Positions 21,889 to 31,995 of a DNA stretch of 64,000 bases are shown in pieces. The stretch is from the NCBI GenBank assembly GCA_965178125.1, contig CBCXTV010000001.1:62001-126000 (forward strand). Direction: 5' to 3'. How positions within the stretch are numbered: position 1 is the stretch's first letter; each line of letters begins with the position of its first letter. The notes under the pieces are model-generated. The model worked only from the letters and a program-made list of their open reading frames with translations, had not been told where the DNA came from and made no database searches. Both the position numbers and the translations under genes were made by a program. This DNA comes from Bilabrum cf. latius. Taxonomy: Eukaryota.

Positions 21889-22743
21889 CGAGTTTTGGCA
21901 TCAAGATCGTGTCGCGGCCAGGCTGTACGACGGCGGCAAGAAGACGGAGAAGGAGGATGCTCACGGTATCGCCCTGATCATCTGCACGACTTCGTGGGGC
22001 TCCATGACGTAACGGCGAGCGAGAACATTGACTGGTGGCGTGGCTGGAGGATCTCGGGAACACACGGCGGGCGAGCCGTTTTTCAAAAGGAGCACGGGTC
22101 CTTCGGGACGCCATTTCACTTACGGCGGGCGAGCCGTTTTCCGAATGGTGCGGGGGTCCTACTGATGCACACGGCGATCGCTGGTTCACTCACGGCGGGC
22201 GAGCCGTTTTCCGAATGGTGCGGAGTCCTCCAGATGACCACGGTGATGGGTGGCAGCATGTCATAGGCGCGCCGTCGGAAGCTTCCCCTTCGAGTGCTGC
22301 CTAAAACTGAGAAACCTGGAGATCCTAGCATCGTATGGAGGCAAGAGGTAACACCTTGGGGTCCGTTCTCCGCTTCAATTCCTGTCCCAAATCCGATTCC
22401 CATTTCGAGACCGAAAAAGGTGACCCGGAAAACGACGGTACTTATTTCTGAACCGTTTTCCGGACGCTTTCCGGGTCTCCCATGTGACCGCTTTTTGCGT
22501 ACCGAAACACGTTCCGCGCGTGAGGAGCAGATGCGGATCTCCGCGGGGTCCTATTTGTGTCTTTTTTCGGGGACGAAATCGGGCGCACTTCTCGTGCCGA
22601 TTTGTGGTCGTCTCTGAAACCGGCTGCGAGTCGGGAAAGGTGCCCGAGATGCTTGTGTCCTTGGCTTCGTATTTCTCCGCATATTCTTCAAACGCGGGCG
22701 GCAGTGGCTCCTGCGCGGGAGCTTCCCGAGTGGGTCCGTCGTG

Positions 22744-22940
22744 CAGTGCGCTGGGTAGGTCCGCAGGTCAAGGAGGCGCTCGCAGTTATAGACGTAGGTG
22801 GAGTTTGCGAGCTGCCGGCCGACATGCTCATGTGGTGACCGGAGGTCACCACATGAGCATGTCGGCCGGCAGCTCGCAAACCCCACCTGCGTCTATAACT
22901 GCGAACGCCTCCTTGACCTGCGGACCTACCCAGCGCACTG
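22744..22940. repeat. Long inverted repeat: 97-bp arms, 3-nt loop, 3 mismatches (also 49923..50119)
   Basis: 22744-22840 is the reverse complement of 22844-22940 around GGA. Confidence 0.97.
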
Positions 22941-23020
22941 AGCAGACAACGCATTTGTGGTCCCCCTCCACGTCGGCATGGGCTTGAAGTGGTACCTCAG
23001 GAGGATTTCACTTGCGCCGG

Positions 23021-23925
23021 CCCCCAGGATTTCGCCAAAAATGGCCGATCCGCACAAGGAATTTAAGTTGCGGCGACACAGCTCGGACCCTGGCTTTTTT
23101 TTGGCTGTTTCGGGGCCCCAAGAGGGCTCCCGGCCCCAAAAAGGGCAAAACGCGAGGTTGTGGTGGAAAAAATGGGCCCCAAGGAGTCTCCAAACGACGC
23201 AAAACGCCACGTTGTGGTGGATTTTAGAGCCCCTAAATCGCCCAAAAAAGACGCAAAACGCCACGTGGTGGTGGATTTTAGAGCCCCTAAATCGCCAAAA
23301 AAGACGCAAAACGCCACGTTGTAGTGGATTTTAGAGCCCCTAAATCGCCCAAAAAAGACGCAAAACGCCACGTTGTGGTGTTTTTTTTGAGCGTTTTCGG
23401 GGGGCTCGGAAGGGGACCCCCCCAGGATTTGGCCAAAAATGGCCGATCCACACAAGGACTTTAAGTTGCGGCGACACAGTTCGGGCCCCGGTTTGTTTTT
23501 GCGGTTTGGGGGCCCCGAGAGGGCTCCCGGCCCCAAAAAGGGCAAAACGCGAGGTTGTGGTGGAAAAATGGGCCCCAGGCAGCCCCAAACGACGCAAAAC
23601 GCCACGTTGTGGTGGATTTTAGAGCCCTAAATCGCCCAAAAAAGACGCAAAACGCCACGTTGTCGTGGATTTTAGAGCCCTAAATCGCCCCAAAGAGACG
23701 CAAAACGCCACGTTGTAGTGGATTTTAGAGCCCCTAAACCGCCCTAAAAAGACGCCAAACGCCACGTTGTGGTGTTTTTTTTGAGCGTTTTGGGGGGCCC
23801 GGAAGGGGACCCCCCCAGGATTTGGCCCAAAATGGCCGATCCACACAAGGAATTTAAGTTGCGGCGACACAGTTCGGGCCCCGGGGTTTGTTTTGCTGTT
23901 TGGGGGCCCCAAGAGGGCTCCCGGG
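23021..23925. repeat. Satellite: ~54-bp monomers inside a ~395-400-bp higher-order repeat (also ~50200..51110)
   Basis: GACGCAAAACGCCACGTTGTGGTGGATTTTAGAGCCCCTAAATCGCCC monomers. The AGGATTT..ATGGCCGATCC..TTTAAGTTGCGGCGACACAG block recurs at ~23021, 23420 and 23814. Confidence 0.95.
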
Positions 23926-26900
23926 AGGCCCTAGAGTGGCCCTTCTCCGCTTCAATTCCTGTCCCAAATCCGATTCCCATTTCGAGACCGAAAAAGGTGA
24001 CCCGGAAAACGACGGTACTCTCCGTCACTCCATCTGGCGGCGAAAATTGCCTCAGTTTCCGGTCCCCGATTCCGGGCCCAGGGACCCCCGAAATTCCCGA
24101 TTCCGCGCAGTGCCGAAAGCTCGACATAAACCACAAACACGACACACAACACAACACGATAGCGCCTCCCCACGCGCGGGATTGGGTCCTTCCGCTCGCT
24201 GCATGTGAGCTGCAGTGTGTTCTTGCCGGGAATGTCACTGGAAGTCGCGCTGCAGTCTGCTCAGGGCGCCTTATGACCATGAAGGCGTCTCAGCACCCGC
24301 GACGGCAAGAGGGGGCACGCACGACGTTGCGAAGCACCCGCCCTGGGTGAAGAAACTGCGTATCCACAGGAGTCACGTTCAGGTGCGCGAGAATTGGAAA
24401 GGCGGGGTAACTGGTGCAGAGGAGCTTGTTCGCAGCGCGGCTTCCACCAGCGCCGCTGACGGTAAGATGCATCGGTCTCGGTACATGAGTCGGCACGGTG
24501 TTGCGTGATTGACTTCACGATGCGGGAGTGTGCAGCCTTCCGCAGCGGGAGAATTGTATCTCCCCACGACCGCCGAAAAAAAAAAGAAGGCTATGCTGGA
24601 CTCGTTCCAGGGAAGGCTATGCGATGAGTATCTCTAGGCGCTTTCCGGAAGACCCACCCACTACACGCTGGTCAGCCCTCCCAAGCGGGAGTGAACCGCG
24701 GATCCGCGGGCCCGTGAGCGCTGCTGCTACGATCATTTCTGCCCGTTTGACTCTCGCCCACTCTTGCCGTGACCAAAGACGCGCAGATCCTTATGACGCA
24801 TGACACCTCGTCGAGGTGTCGAGACTGCCTCACATTCCCGTTACAAAGACCCACAGCACTGCGACAACGAAATCGGTCACGAAGAGAGCAAGAGGCCGCG
24901 CACCTGAGCATCACAAAAACCCCGAGAGACATAAACAACACCGTCCCGTGAAGTCCCTGCGACGAGGGGATGCTAAGCGGCTCCCACGGCGGCTCCTCTG
25001 CGGGAAAAGCTGCCGCAGACCTCGAGATGGGATGCACATGACTGCGAAGATTGCGGAACTCGTCCGAAGCCGGTCGCACGAGGGTCACAGCGAATGGAGG
25101 CATATCTATGAAATAGAGTCTGCGTGCAAAGCAGCATTCCAACGATCGTCCGCATTCTTCCGAGCAAATCCTTGGGAGCACACATCCTGCGGACGACATC
25201 TCTTTTCTATCCACCCCAGCGTACTCCCCGCACACACTTCTCGCGAATGATTGAGAATTCTGTGCGGCACATGTAATATCAGGCTACCATGATACGCGGA
25301 ATGGCGTGCTATTGCTCGCACGTTCGTGCGCCCCCTTCCGAATGCGCTTACCACATCACTATGTTCGTCGGCAACCGTATACACCGTAGGGGTCTTCCCT
25401 CCGACACCAAGCGTACACGACTGGCCGTAATAGCGCAGCGTAGATGTTTCGGACGTCGCCCAGGACAAGTGTCGACGCCCGGTTCGTCACGATCACTACG
25501 TGTGCACTTCACTCACCGCCCTCCAGCCGCTAGACTTCTTTTGGAGCGCGACATCCTACGACGCGCTATGACACGTAGCCGTAAACCGCAGACGGCCTCG
25601 CGTTCACTGCTTGCAGCGCAAGAGCGTGAACAAGAACCGCCCGCGTGGCACACCTTCGCAGGCGCGGAAGACAAAAAGTTCCTTCTAAGCTTGTATTCGG
25701 GTCCGAAAGCCAAATTCCACTTCGGGGTCGAGAAGGGCGACCCGGGAAATCACCGTACGCTCTGTGAATCCATTTCCCGGGGAAAGTCCCCGAGTTCCCG
25801 CTACCCGGTCCCAGGCCCAGCGACCCAGGAAAGTTCCCGTCCCCCCGCATGCGGAAACCTCCCACGAAGCACGCCCACCTCACGCTTCACACGCAAAAGT
25901 CCAGGAGTCAAATCCATTCCGGACCCAGCAGTTCACCCCCCGTGACGATTGGGAAAGGCTCTTGCACACACCTTCTCGTCCGAGCAGTCTATGGAGCACA
26001 CACCTGTCTTCGTTGCCTTTTCCGGCCAAAAATGCAGGGAGTTCGAAGGGGAAGTAGCAAGCGCGGAAGACCGCTTTCGAAACGCAGGTGCTCAGGGAAA
26101 AACAACCAGAGCGTCCCTGATCCTCGGCAGAGCCGTCCAGGAGGGACGGGCACGGACGGGCATCGCAGATCTTGCAGCGCCACCATTCGCCGGGATGGGC
26201 GACCGGACGAGGGCGACCACAAGTACGTAGCGTGCGACGTCCGTCAGTCGCCATGTTGCGCTGATTCGCTTTCGCGGCACGACTTCCAGGGCCGGCCTTA
26301 CTCACTCCTCGGAGTCCGCGTGTGGATTCTCCCCTGCGCATGATCTGCCGCTCTAGATGCTACACAAAGATCCCGCTCGGATGACCCCCTCTGTGCATTC
26401 TGCAAGATTTTACGCGCCTCCATTCAATGCGCGAAGCATGCACCGCAGCAGTCTGAGTCCGGTGACCACCTTCAATAGCGTGGGACAAATTCCGTCCGCG
26501 ATGTGCATTCGGGCATGCTCCCCTTTCCGAGTCTCTGTGACCCGTAGTGCGTCCGCGGCCAACGACTCAGGACTCCACGATGGTACGCACGAGTTGCATT
26601 CCTTGCACGAAGCGTGCGGAGAGAAAGCGATGCTCAGACATCGAGGCGCTTGGAGGGTCTGCACGCGACATGCTTCGAGAGGCCATGCAAACATGCGAAA
26701 CCAGAACTGAGGTTCCTCATCGTTCCTGCTGTCGAGCGCTCAATTGGGGCATCGGATCAGGACGAAGCTCGCGAAGAGAGGGCGCGGGTGTCCCCATCCA
26801 AAAATCCGCCGCCTTCAAGGCTCATGTTCCCGGATCCTGCATTCGCGAGTTTCGGGAGCAGAAGTGCAAGATCGCCGCTGGACACACAGCGCATGCCATT

Positions 26901-26965
26901 TCCCGTCTCTGGAGATGTCGGGCTTCCAGGCGCAATTCGGACACCATCGCCAGGACCTCGGGAAG

Positions 26966-29476
26966 ATGACATGTCTGCTGATCTGCAGGGAAGAGTCCCG
27001 CTTCGAGGAGTGGCGACAAAAAAAAGGGGCGCGAGAACTCCACGAGCACATGGGAGCGGTCCTTCGGCTCCCCAATCCAGTGTTTCCGCAGACCGACAGG
27101 GACCCAGATGGACGCGACATCGTCAAAGACCAGGCCCTCTTGGATATCTTCTCCGGCAAGATAACGGACTGGAGCAAATACAATCCGGCCACTGTTGGGG
27201 CGATCCAATCCCATCGAAACGCATGGCTGTGGGCTGAGAACCACACGCCGACGGAATGGCTCATGGTTGTCGAAGATGATATCGAACCTCGCGAAGCATG
27301 CGTGGATCGGCTACTCGTAGTTCTTCACGCCATCGCGAAAAACCCCAAGGTGACGCAGATGGCCATGTTAGCGGGGTCAGAAGCACCGAGAATGGTCACC
27401 CTCCAGCGCGAAAACTCCACCTCCATCCACAATTGCGAGCGCCTCTTGGACGTGCGGACCTATCCGGCGCACTGGGTAGACAACACATTTGTGGTCCCCT
27501 ACCACGTCGGCATGGGCCTAAAGTGGTATCTCATCAGCCCGGAGGGGAGGAAGGCGCTCCTGAAGATGCGGATCCCGAACCGAAGCTTCGAACGCTGCGT
27601 CTGGCGCCGCCTCTTCGACACGTTCCAAGGGCCGGTATGGAAGTGGGGAGATTGCCTCCGCATGACATCTGTGCTGGCAGCCAGCCCGGTCCTCGCATCG
27701 ACTCCCGAGAGCATGGACACGGAGTGGGGGGGCTCGGGACGACGAAGTGCGGATGCAGGGCACAGTATGAAACCGTACATAATGGTCGACCCGAGTGACG
27801 ACTGGACTCTTGGCGAGCGATTAAACACATTGTCCGTCGTGATGTCCGTGTGCGCGGCCCTGAGTTGGGGGGTTGTCCTCGTCTGGGAAAAAACAGAGCG
27901 CGTGCCCATCTCCTACGAAGACTTGTGCGGTGTTCACGAGCACGCCGGCGAAACCAACACGTTCGTCCACCTCCTCCAGGACAAACGCGGCGGGTCGTAT
28001 TCGTACTTCCTGAGGTACGGAGACATCCGCATCCACGTGGTGCAGCCGATGATGTGCATCCCCACCCTCGACAGAATGCTCGACATGGTAGCCCTGAAGA
28101 GGCCCAAGATGAACACCCTGCCTCCCTTGAAATGGCAGACCGCTCGATGGATCCAAGTCAAGCAGAAGTGGATCGATAAACTCCACACGGAGATGCCGGG
28201 GGCCGAGCTGCCCTCATGGCTGGAGTGGCCACCCTCAACCCACGCGCTTGTCCTCTGCGACGACAGGGACTTGGCGGCGCACTGCCTCGAGGGGAGATGC
28301 CAAAAGGAGCAGCAGGAGTGGATGAACGACGGGAAGGACAACAGCATCCAGCACTACATCCTTGAGGCAAAGCAAGCGCTGCAGAACGAGTTGGAAGACA
28401 TCCTAAAGGGGGACAGCAGCTCACGCCTCGTCGTGATCCGCATGACAACCAAACTGCTGGGACAGGTCTGGGTGGACATGATGAAGCACCTCACGAAGCA
28501 GTTCGGGAAGCGCATCATAACGCCAACGTTCCTCCTCCCGAAAATGATCCCCAAAAGGAGGCACGACGAAAAGAACCCGAGTGATGATTGGATTACTTGG
28601 GGAGCATCCTTGGCGAAAACCGTGGGCCTCCTCACGCTCATACCTCCGATGCAAGTGCACTATCCCATCATGAGCTGGACCGTGGCCTGGAACCACTTCA
28701 TGTTTAAGGGCAGGACTGCCACGGACACCGTGATCCCAGACGTCATCCGAACTCTGTACGCTCCGCACAAGAGCAACAGGAAGCAGCTCCTCAAGAACGG
28801 CCCGCTGTGCCAGACGAGGCGCGCCGTGCTGGACTCGCCCGCACTGCGGGACATTGCGAACAACTACTCAAGGGCCAAGGACAAGACCTATAACCTCTTG
28901 AGTTATTCCAAATGGTTTGCCGAAGAAGCCATGTGGCACATGATCAAGTACGCGGAAAGCACGCAGTGCATCGTCGACCCGTTCGTGAGCCGCCAGTGCC
29001 AAAAGGTCTTCGAGCACATCCCCTCGGACGACATCGGCCATGCGGACGCCCGGCTCCGGTACAACCTTCAGGATGCCGACGACCGAGGTTACCGCTTCAA
29101 CGCGGGGCATCTCTACACCGCGGTGCAGGGCATCAAAACGGTGAACATCGCATACAACAAGTGGCTCACCGAGCAGGCACAGAGTCATTCCGAATGGAGC
29201 TGGGGCAAAACGTTCATCAAGCTTGTGATCAACCAGTGGCGGCAGCAGCAGGGCAGTGAGCCGTATGACGTGGACGAGGAGGACTACGTGAGCCTTCCGC
29301 GGACCTTCCACGGGAATTCGTTGAAGCTCGCGAGGAGCGTAAGCCTCCAGGACACGAGATCCTGCTCCAGATCGTCCTCATCCTATTCCAGGTCGCCCTC
29401 CACCAACAGGACTGAGGCACAGCCTTCGAAGAGAGCGCGCCTGACCCCGGCACCCGGCGTAAAGCACGAGCCCTGA
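26966..29476 (+). CDS. Glycosyltransferase: N-terminal GT25-like domain plus possible fucosyltransferase-like second domain (~836 aa; start uncertain, frame open from 26744)
   Basis: GAIQSHRNAWLWA..WLMVVEDDI fits the GT25 pattern GCxxSHxxxW..ILEDD. WYLISPEGRKALL fits AYxISxxGAxKLL. TLGERLNTLSVVMSVCAALSWGVVLVW resembles the GLGNRL..W start of fucosyltransferases. Confidence 0.8.
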   Translation: MTCLLICREESRFEEWRQKKGARELHEHMGAVLRLPNPVFPQTDRDPDGRDIVKDQALLDIFSGKITDWSKYNPATVGAIQSHRNAWLWAENHTPTEWLMVVEDDIEPREACVDRLLVVLHAIAKNPKVTQMAMLAGSEAPRMVTLQRENSTSIHNCERLLDVRTYPAHWVDNTFVVPYHVGMGLKWYLISPEGRKALLKMRIPNRSFERCVWRRLFDTFQGPVWKWGDCLRMTSVLAASPVLASTPESMDTEWGGSGRRSADAGHSMKPYIMVDPSDDWTLGERLNTLSVVMSVCAALSWGVVLVWEKTERVPISYEDLCGVHEHAGETNTFVHLLQDKRGGSYSYFLRYGDIRIHVVQPMMCIPTLDRMLDMVALKRPKMNTLPPLKWQTARWIQVKQKWIDKLHTEMPGAELPSWLEWPPSTHALVLCDDRDLAAHCLEGRCQKEQQEWMNDGKDNSIQHYILEAKQALQNELEDILKGDSSSRLVVIRMTTKLLGQVWVDMMKHLTKQFGKRIITPTFLLPKMIPKRRHDEKNPSDDWITWGASLAKTVGLLTLIPPMQVHYPIMSWTVAWNHFMFKGRTATDTVIPDVIRTLYAPHKSNRKQLLKNGPLCQTRRAVLDSPALRDIANNYSRAKDKTYNLLSYSKWFAEEAMWHMIKYAESTQCIVDPFVSRQCQKVFEHIPSDDIGHADARLRYNLQDADDRGYRFNAGHLYTAVQGIKTVNIAYNKWLTEQAQSHSEWSWGKTFIKLVINQWRQQQGSEPYDVDEEDYVSLPRTFHGNSLKLARSVSLQDTRSCSRSSSSYSRSPSTNRTEAQPSKRARLTPAPGVKHEP

Positions 29477-30350
29477 CGACGAAATGCCGCAGAACAGCGC
29501 GTTGCGGGGAGACAAAGCTCCGCGGGCAACAGCAGAAGGCCGCCGAGCGCCGGAGTTGGAGGGTCACATAGTTCCATCGGTCCCATTCTCTCCGGAAGTC
29601 GCATAGCACGTAGAGATCCGCATGCTCTCGGTGCATGAACGCTGGCAGCACGCAGTGCCAAAGTCGCAAAGCGCTTCAGAGTCACAAGTCCAGAAGTTCT
29701 TCTGCCAATGTGTGTCCTCTTCCCGCTCATGTGTGCATCCTCGGAGGAAGTCTGGAGATGACAGGACCCAGCACGCAGCACATCAGAAGTCCTTTTTTAA
29801 AGCGGCATCGTCAGACAAAAATCTGGAACGCCCTTCCGCAAAAAAGAGTGCTGCCCACAGAAAAAAGGGAAACACCTGAGGCCCCAGAAGCCAAAGGGAG
29901 GACCGCGAAGGACGCAGTTTCGAGGTCACACTTTCCGGGACCAGTTTTGAGCCCAAAAAGGGGTACACAAGAGGAAAACACGATGCGGGAGGCTTGAAAT
30001 TGTCACCGAAAACGGGCCCAAAATTGGGACCCCTTTTTCGCAAATTTCGCAGCATCCAGACGACCCAGAAAGGCTTTCCCAGGCGCCGCCTCGAAGCTCA
30101 CCTTCTCGCATGCAACCATGACGCAGCCCCACCTCCTCATGCAGACGCGTCTGAGAGACCCCGCAGTGGAACTTCTCCCATTCTGCGCAGGAAGCACTTC
30201 AGTCTACAAGGACCCGCGCACTTCTTACCGCACCACCTCCATGTGAAAGCACTTCTCGCGGAGTTTTTTTCGGGCCCAGGAATACAGCAACTGCCAGAAG
30301 CTTCGCACAGAAAAGCAGCCCACTCAGGAAGCAAACTCACTGCACACCCC

Positions 30351-30821
30351 ATGGCGAGCGACGCAGAACCGGAGGACGCAATGCGGCTCGACTCCCCTAG
30401 AGATGCGGATGCAGCGGCGCCACCCGAAGCGACGGAGGCAGAATCACAGAAACCAGATCATGCGCAGCAGTTCTTCGAGGAGCCCTGCCCGAAAGACGGA
30501 CACATGGAAGCGCCAGAGAAGACCGCCAAGACGGACGAACCTGGCGACACACCCATGTTCGTCGACAAGTGGACGGCAGCGATCACACGCCTTACCGAGG
30601 AGCGCAAGGCTCTCAAGCTCGAGCAGCGGGCTAAAACGAAGGCCATCCGCAAAACCATCCGGCAGAAAAGGCGCACCATGAAGAACGCCAAAAAACTCAC
30701 AGACGACGAGCTCGCCCAAATCGTGCTAGACAGGAAGATCTTGCAGTTGGTGCAAAAAGAAGAGATCGCAGCACGCAGCTCCGCCAACTCCTCAACGAGC
30801 CAGGCGAAGTCGACCTTGTGA
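30351..30821 (+). CDS. Basic coiled-coil hypothetical protein, copy 2
   Basis: Repeat of 3152..3622. Confidence 0.7.
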   Translation: MASDAEPEDAMRLDSPRDADAAAPPEATEAESQKPDHAQQFFEEPCPKDGHMEAPEKTAKTDEPGDTPMFVDKWTAAITRLTEERKALKLEQRAKTKAIRKTIRQKRRTMKNAKKLTDDELAQIVLDRKILQLVQKEEIAARSSANSSTSQAKSTL

Positions 30822-31239
30822 GAAGCGCTTCCCGTGTTCAGAGAACCGAGGATTACAGATAGACCCCGCGTCACAGAAGCCATCGCAAGAGGGCAGAGCG
30901 TCAAGTACAGCGCAGTCTTGACGGACACAGATAGCCCGAGCAGCACAAAGCAGCGGATGCGGCTGCCCAGCGGAGTCGCGCACTCGGACAGCATACACGG
31001 GACGTGCTGGCAGAAATCACTCAGTCCGCGAGCACCGTCGTCAAGAGCACGGGAGGGGCAGACTCGACATGCACAACTTTGAAAAACGGGAGGGCACGAA
31101 AGGAAGACAAATTTGGCATTAATCCTTGATTACCCCCGCCCCCCCGTAGAATCAGAGCGAGGAGATATGCTCGGAAGGTCCGGGGGGCAGTCGCAGAAAA
31201 GTGCACGCGAAAATAAGAGGAAAGGAGACCCCCCAAACC

Positions 31240-31487
31240 CACGTAGTGCGACCCTCGGGGGTACCCTCTAAGGTACTAAGAATCCTTCCCCCGAAAATCG
31301 CACTACATCGGTCCCTGGCGTCGGGGAAAGCGGAAAAAAGGGGAGCACTACCGTGAAAAAATCCTGCATTTTACAGGAAAATCGGAGCACTACGTGTCAA
31401 AAACTGGGGGTTTTTGAGGTTTTTTTTCCAGAAAAACGGCATTTTTTTATGTAAAAACCGCGCGAAACGAGCACTACCGAGCACTAC
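31240..31487. promoter_or_regulatory. Putative origin, copy 2
   Basis: Repeat of 4041..4288. Confidence 0.55.
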
Positions 31488-31995
31488 ATCGCCTCCTCCA
31501 GTCGTGTTTCGCATTTTTTTCGCTGGCCGAAAATGTCTCCGAAGGCGCTGCCTCGAGGGGGGGTTCCGATGGCTGATTTTGGGCGTTCTGTTGTCGATTT
31601 CGCGTGCATTTCAGGTTGTCGGCGAGGCCTTTTTGGCGTATGTCGCAGTTCGGATGCCCTCGAACGTCGTGTCTCATGTGGTATTCGCCGGTTTCTATGT
31701 TGGAGAAGGCGGTCGGTCGATCATCCTCTCTGGCAGGCTCCGAAGTGCGTTTGTGATCGTGCTAATTGCAACGCCATGCTTTCCTTCGTTGGCTTCGAGA
31801 ATCCTTCCCTCGGAAGCGGTAGTACCTCGCCCAGGGCGGCACGAGCTGCAGACTCAGCTGCCTCGGTGCTCATGTGTGTCCCGTGTCAGCAGTTTCGGTG
31901 TTACGAACAGCAAGGATTCTGGGCATTGCGTGTCGGAGGCAAGTGTTCTATCTTGAGGCATTCCGCGATTCGTCGAAGGATTATTTGCGCAAATA

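Larger units (their letters stand above)
18206..23000 (+). other. Mosaic of short fragments of the unit's own gene families (GT, Rep, ZnF-B, ZnF-C, intergenic DNA)
   Basis: Segment-by-segment matches to 8829-8872, 9420-9478, 1729-1860, 5807-5840, 6117-6261, 14439-14690, 9137-10300, 27118-27638, 6917-6961, 8804-9063 and others. Confidence 0.93.

Noticed and set aside
22064-22230. Three ACGGCGGGCGAGCCGTTTT hairpin-like repeats resembling a mini CRISPR array
   Set aside because: Intervening sequences are partly homologous to each other, periods are uneven (58 and 70 bp) and no cas genes are present; it is an ordinary imperfect tandem repeat.
24100-26740. Short ORFs on both strands, including a faint DDE-like stretch on the minus strand at 24672-25235
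   Set aside because: No convincing motifs; lengths are as expected by chance in GC-rich DNA.
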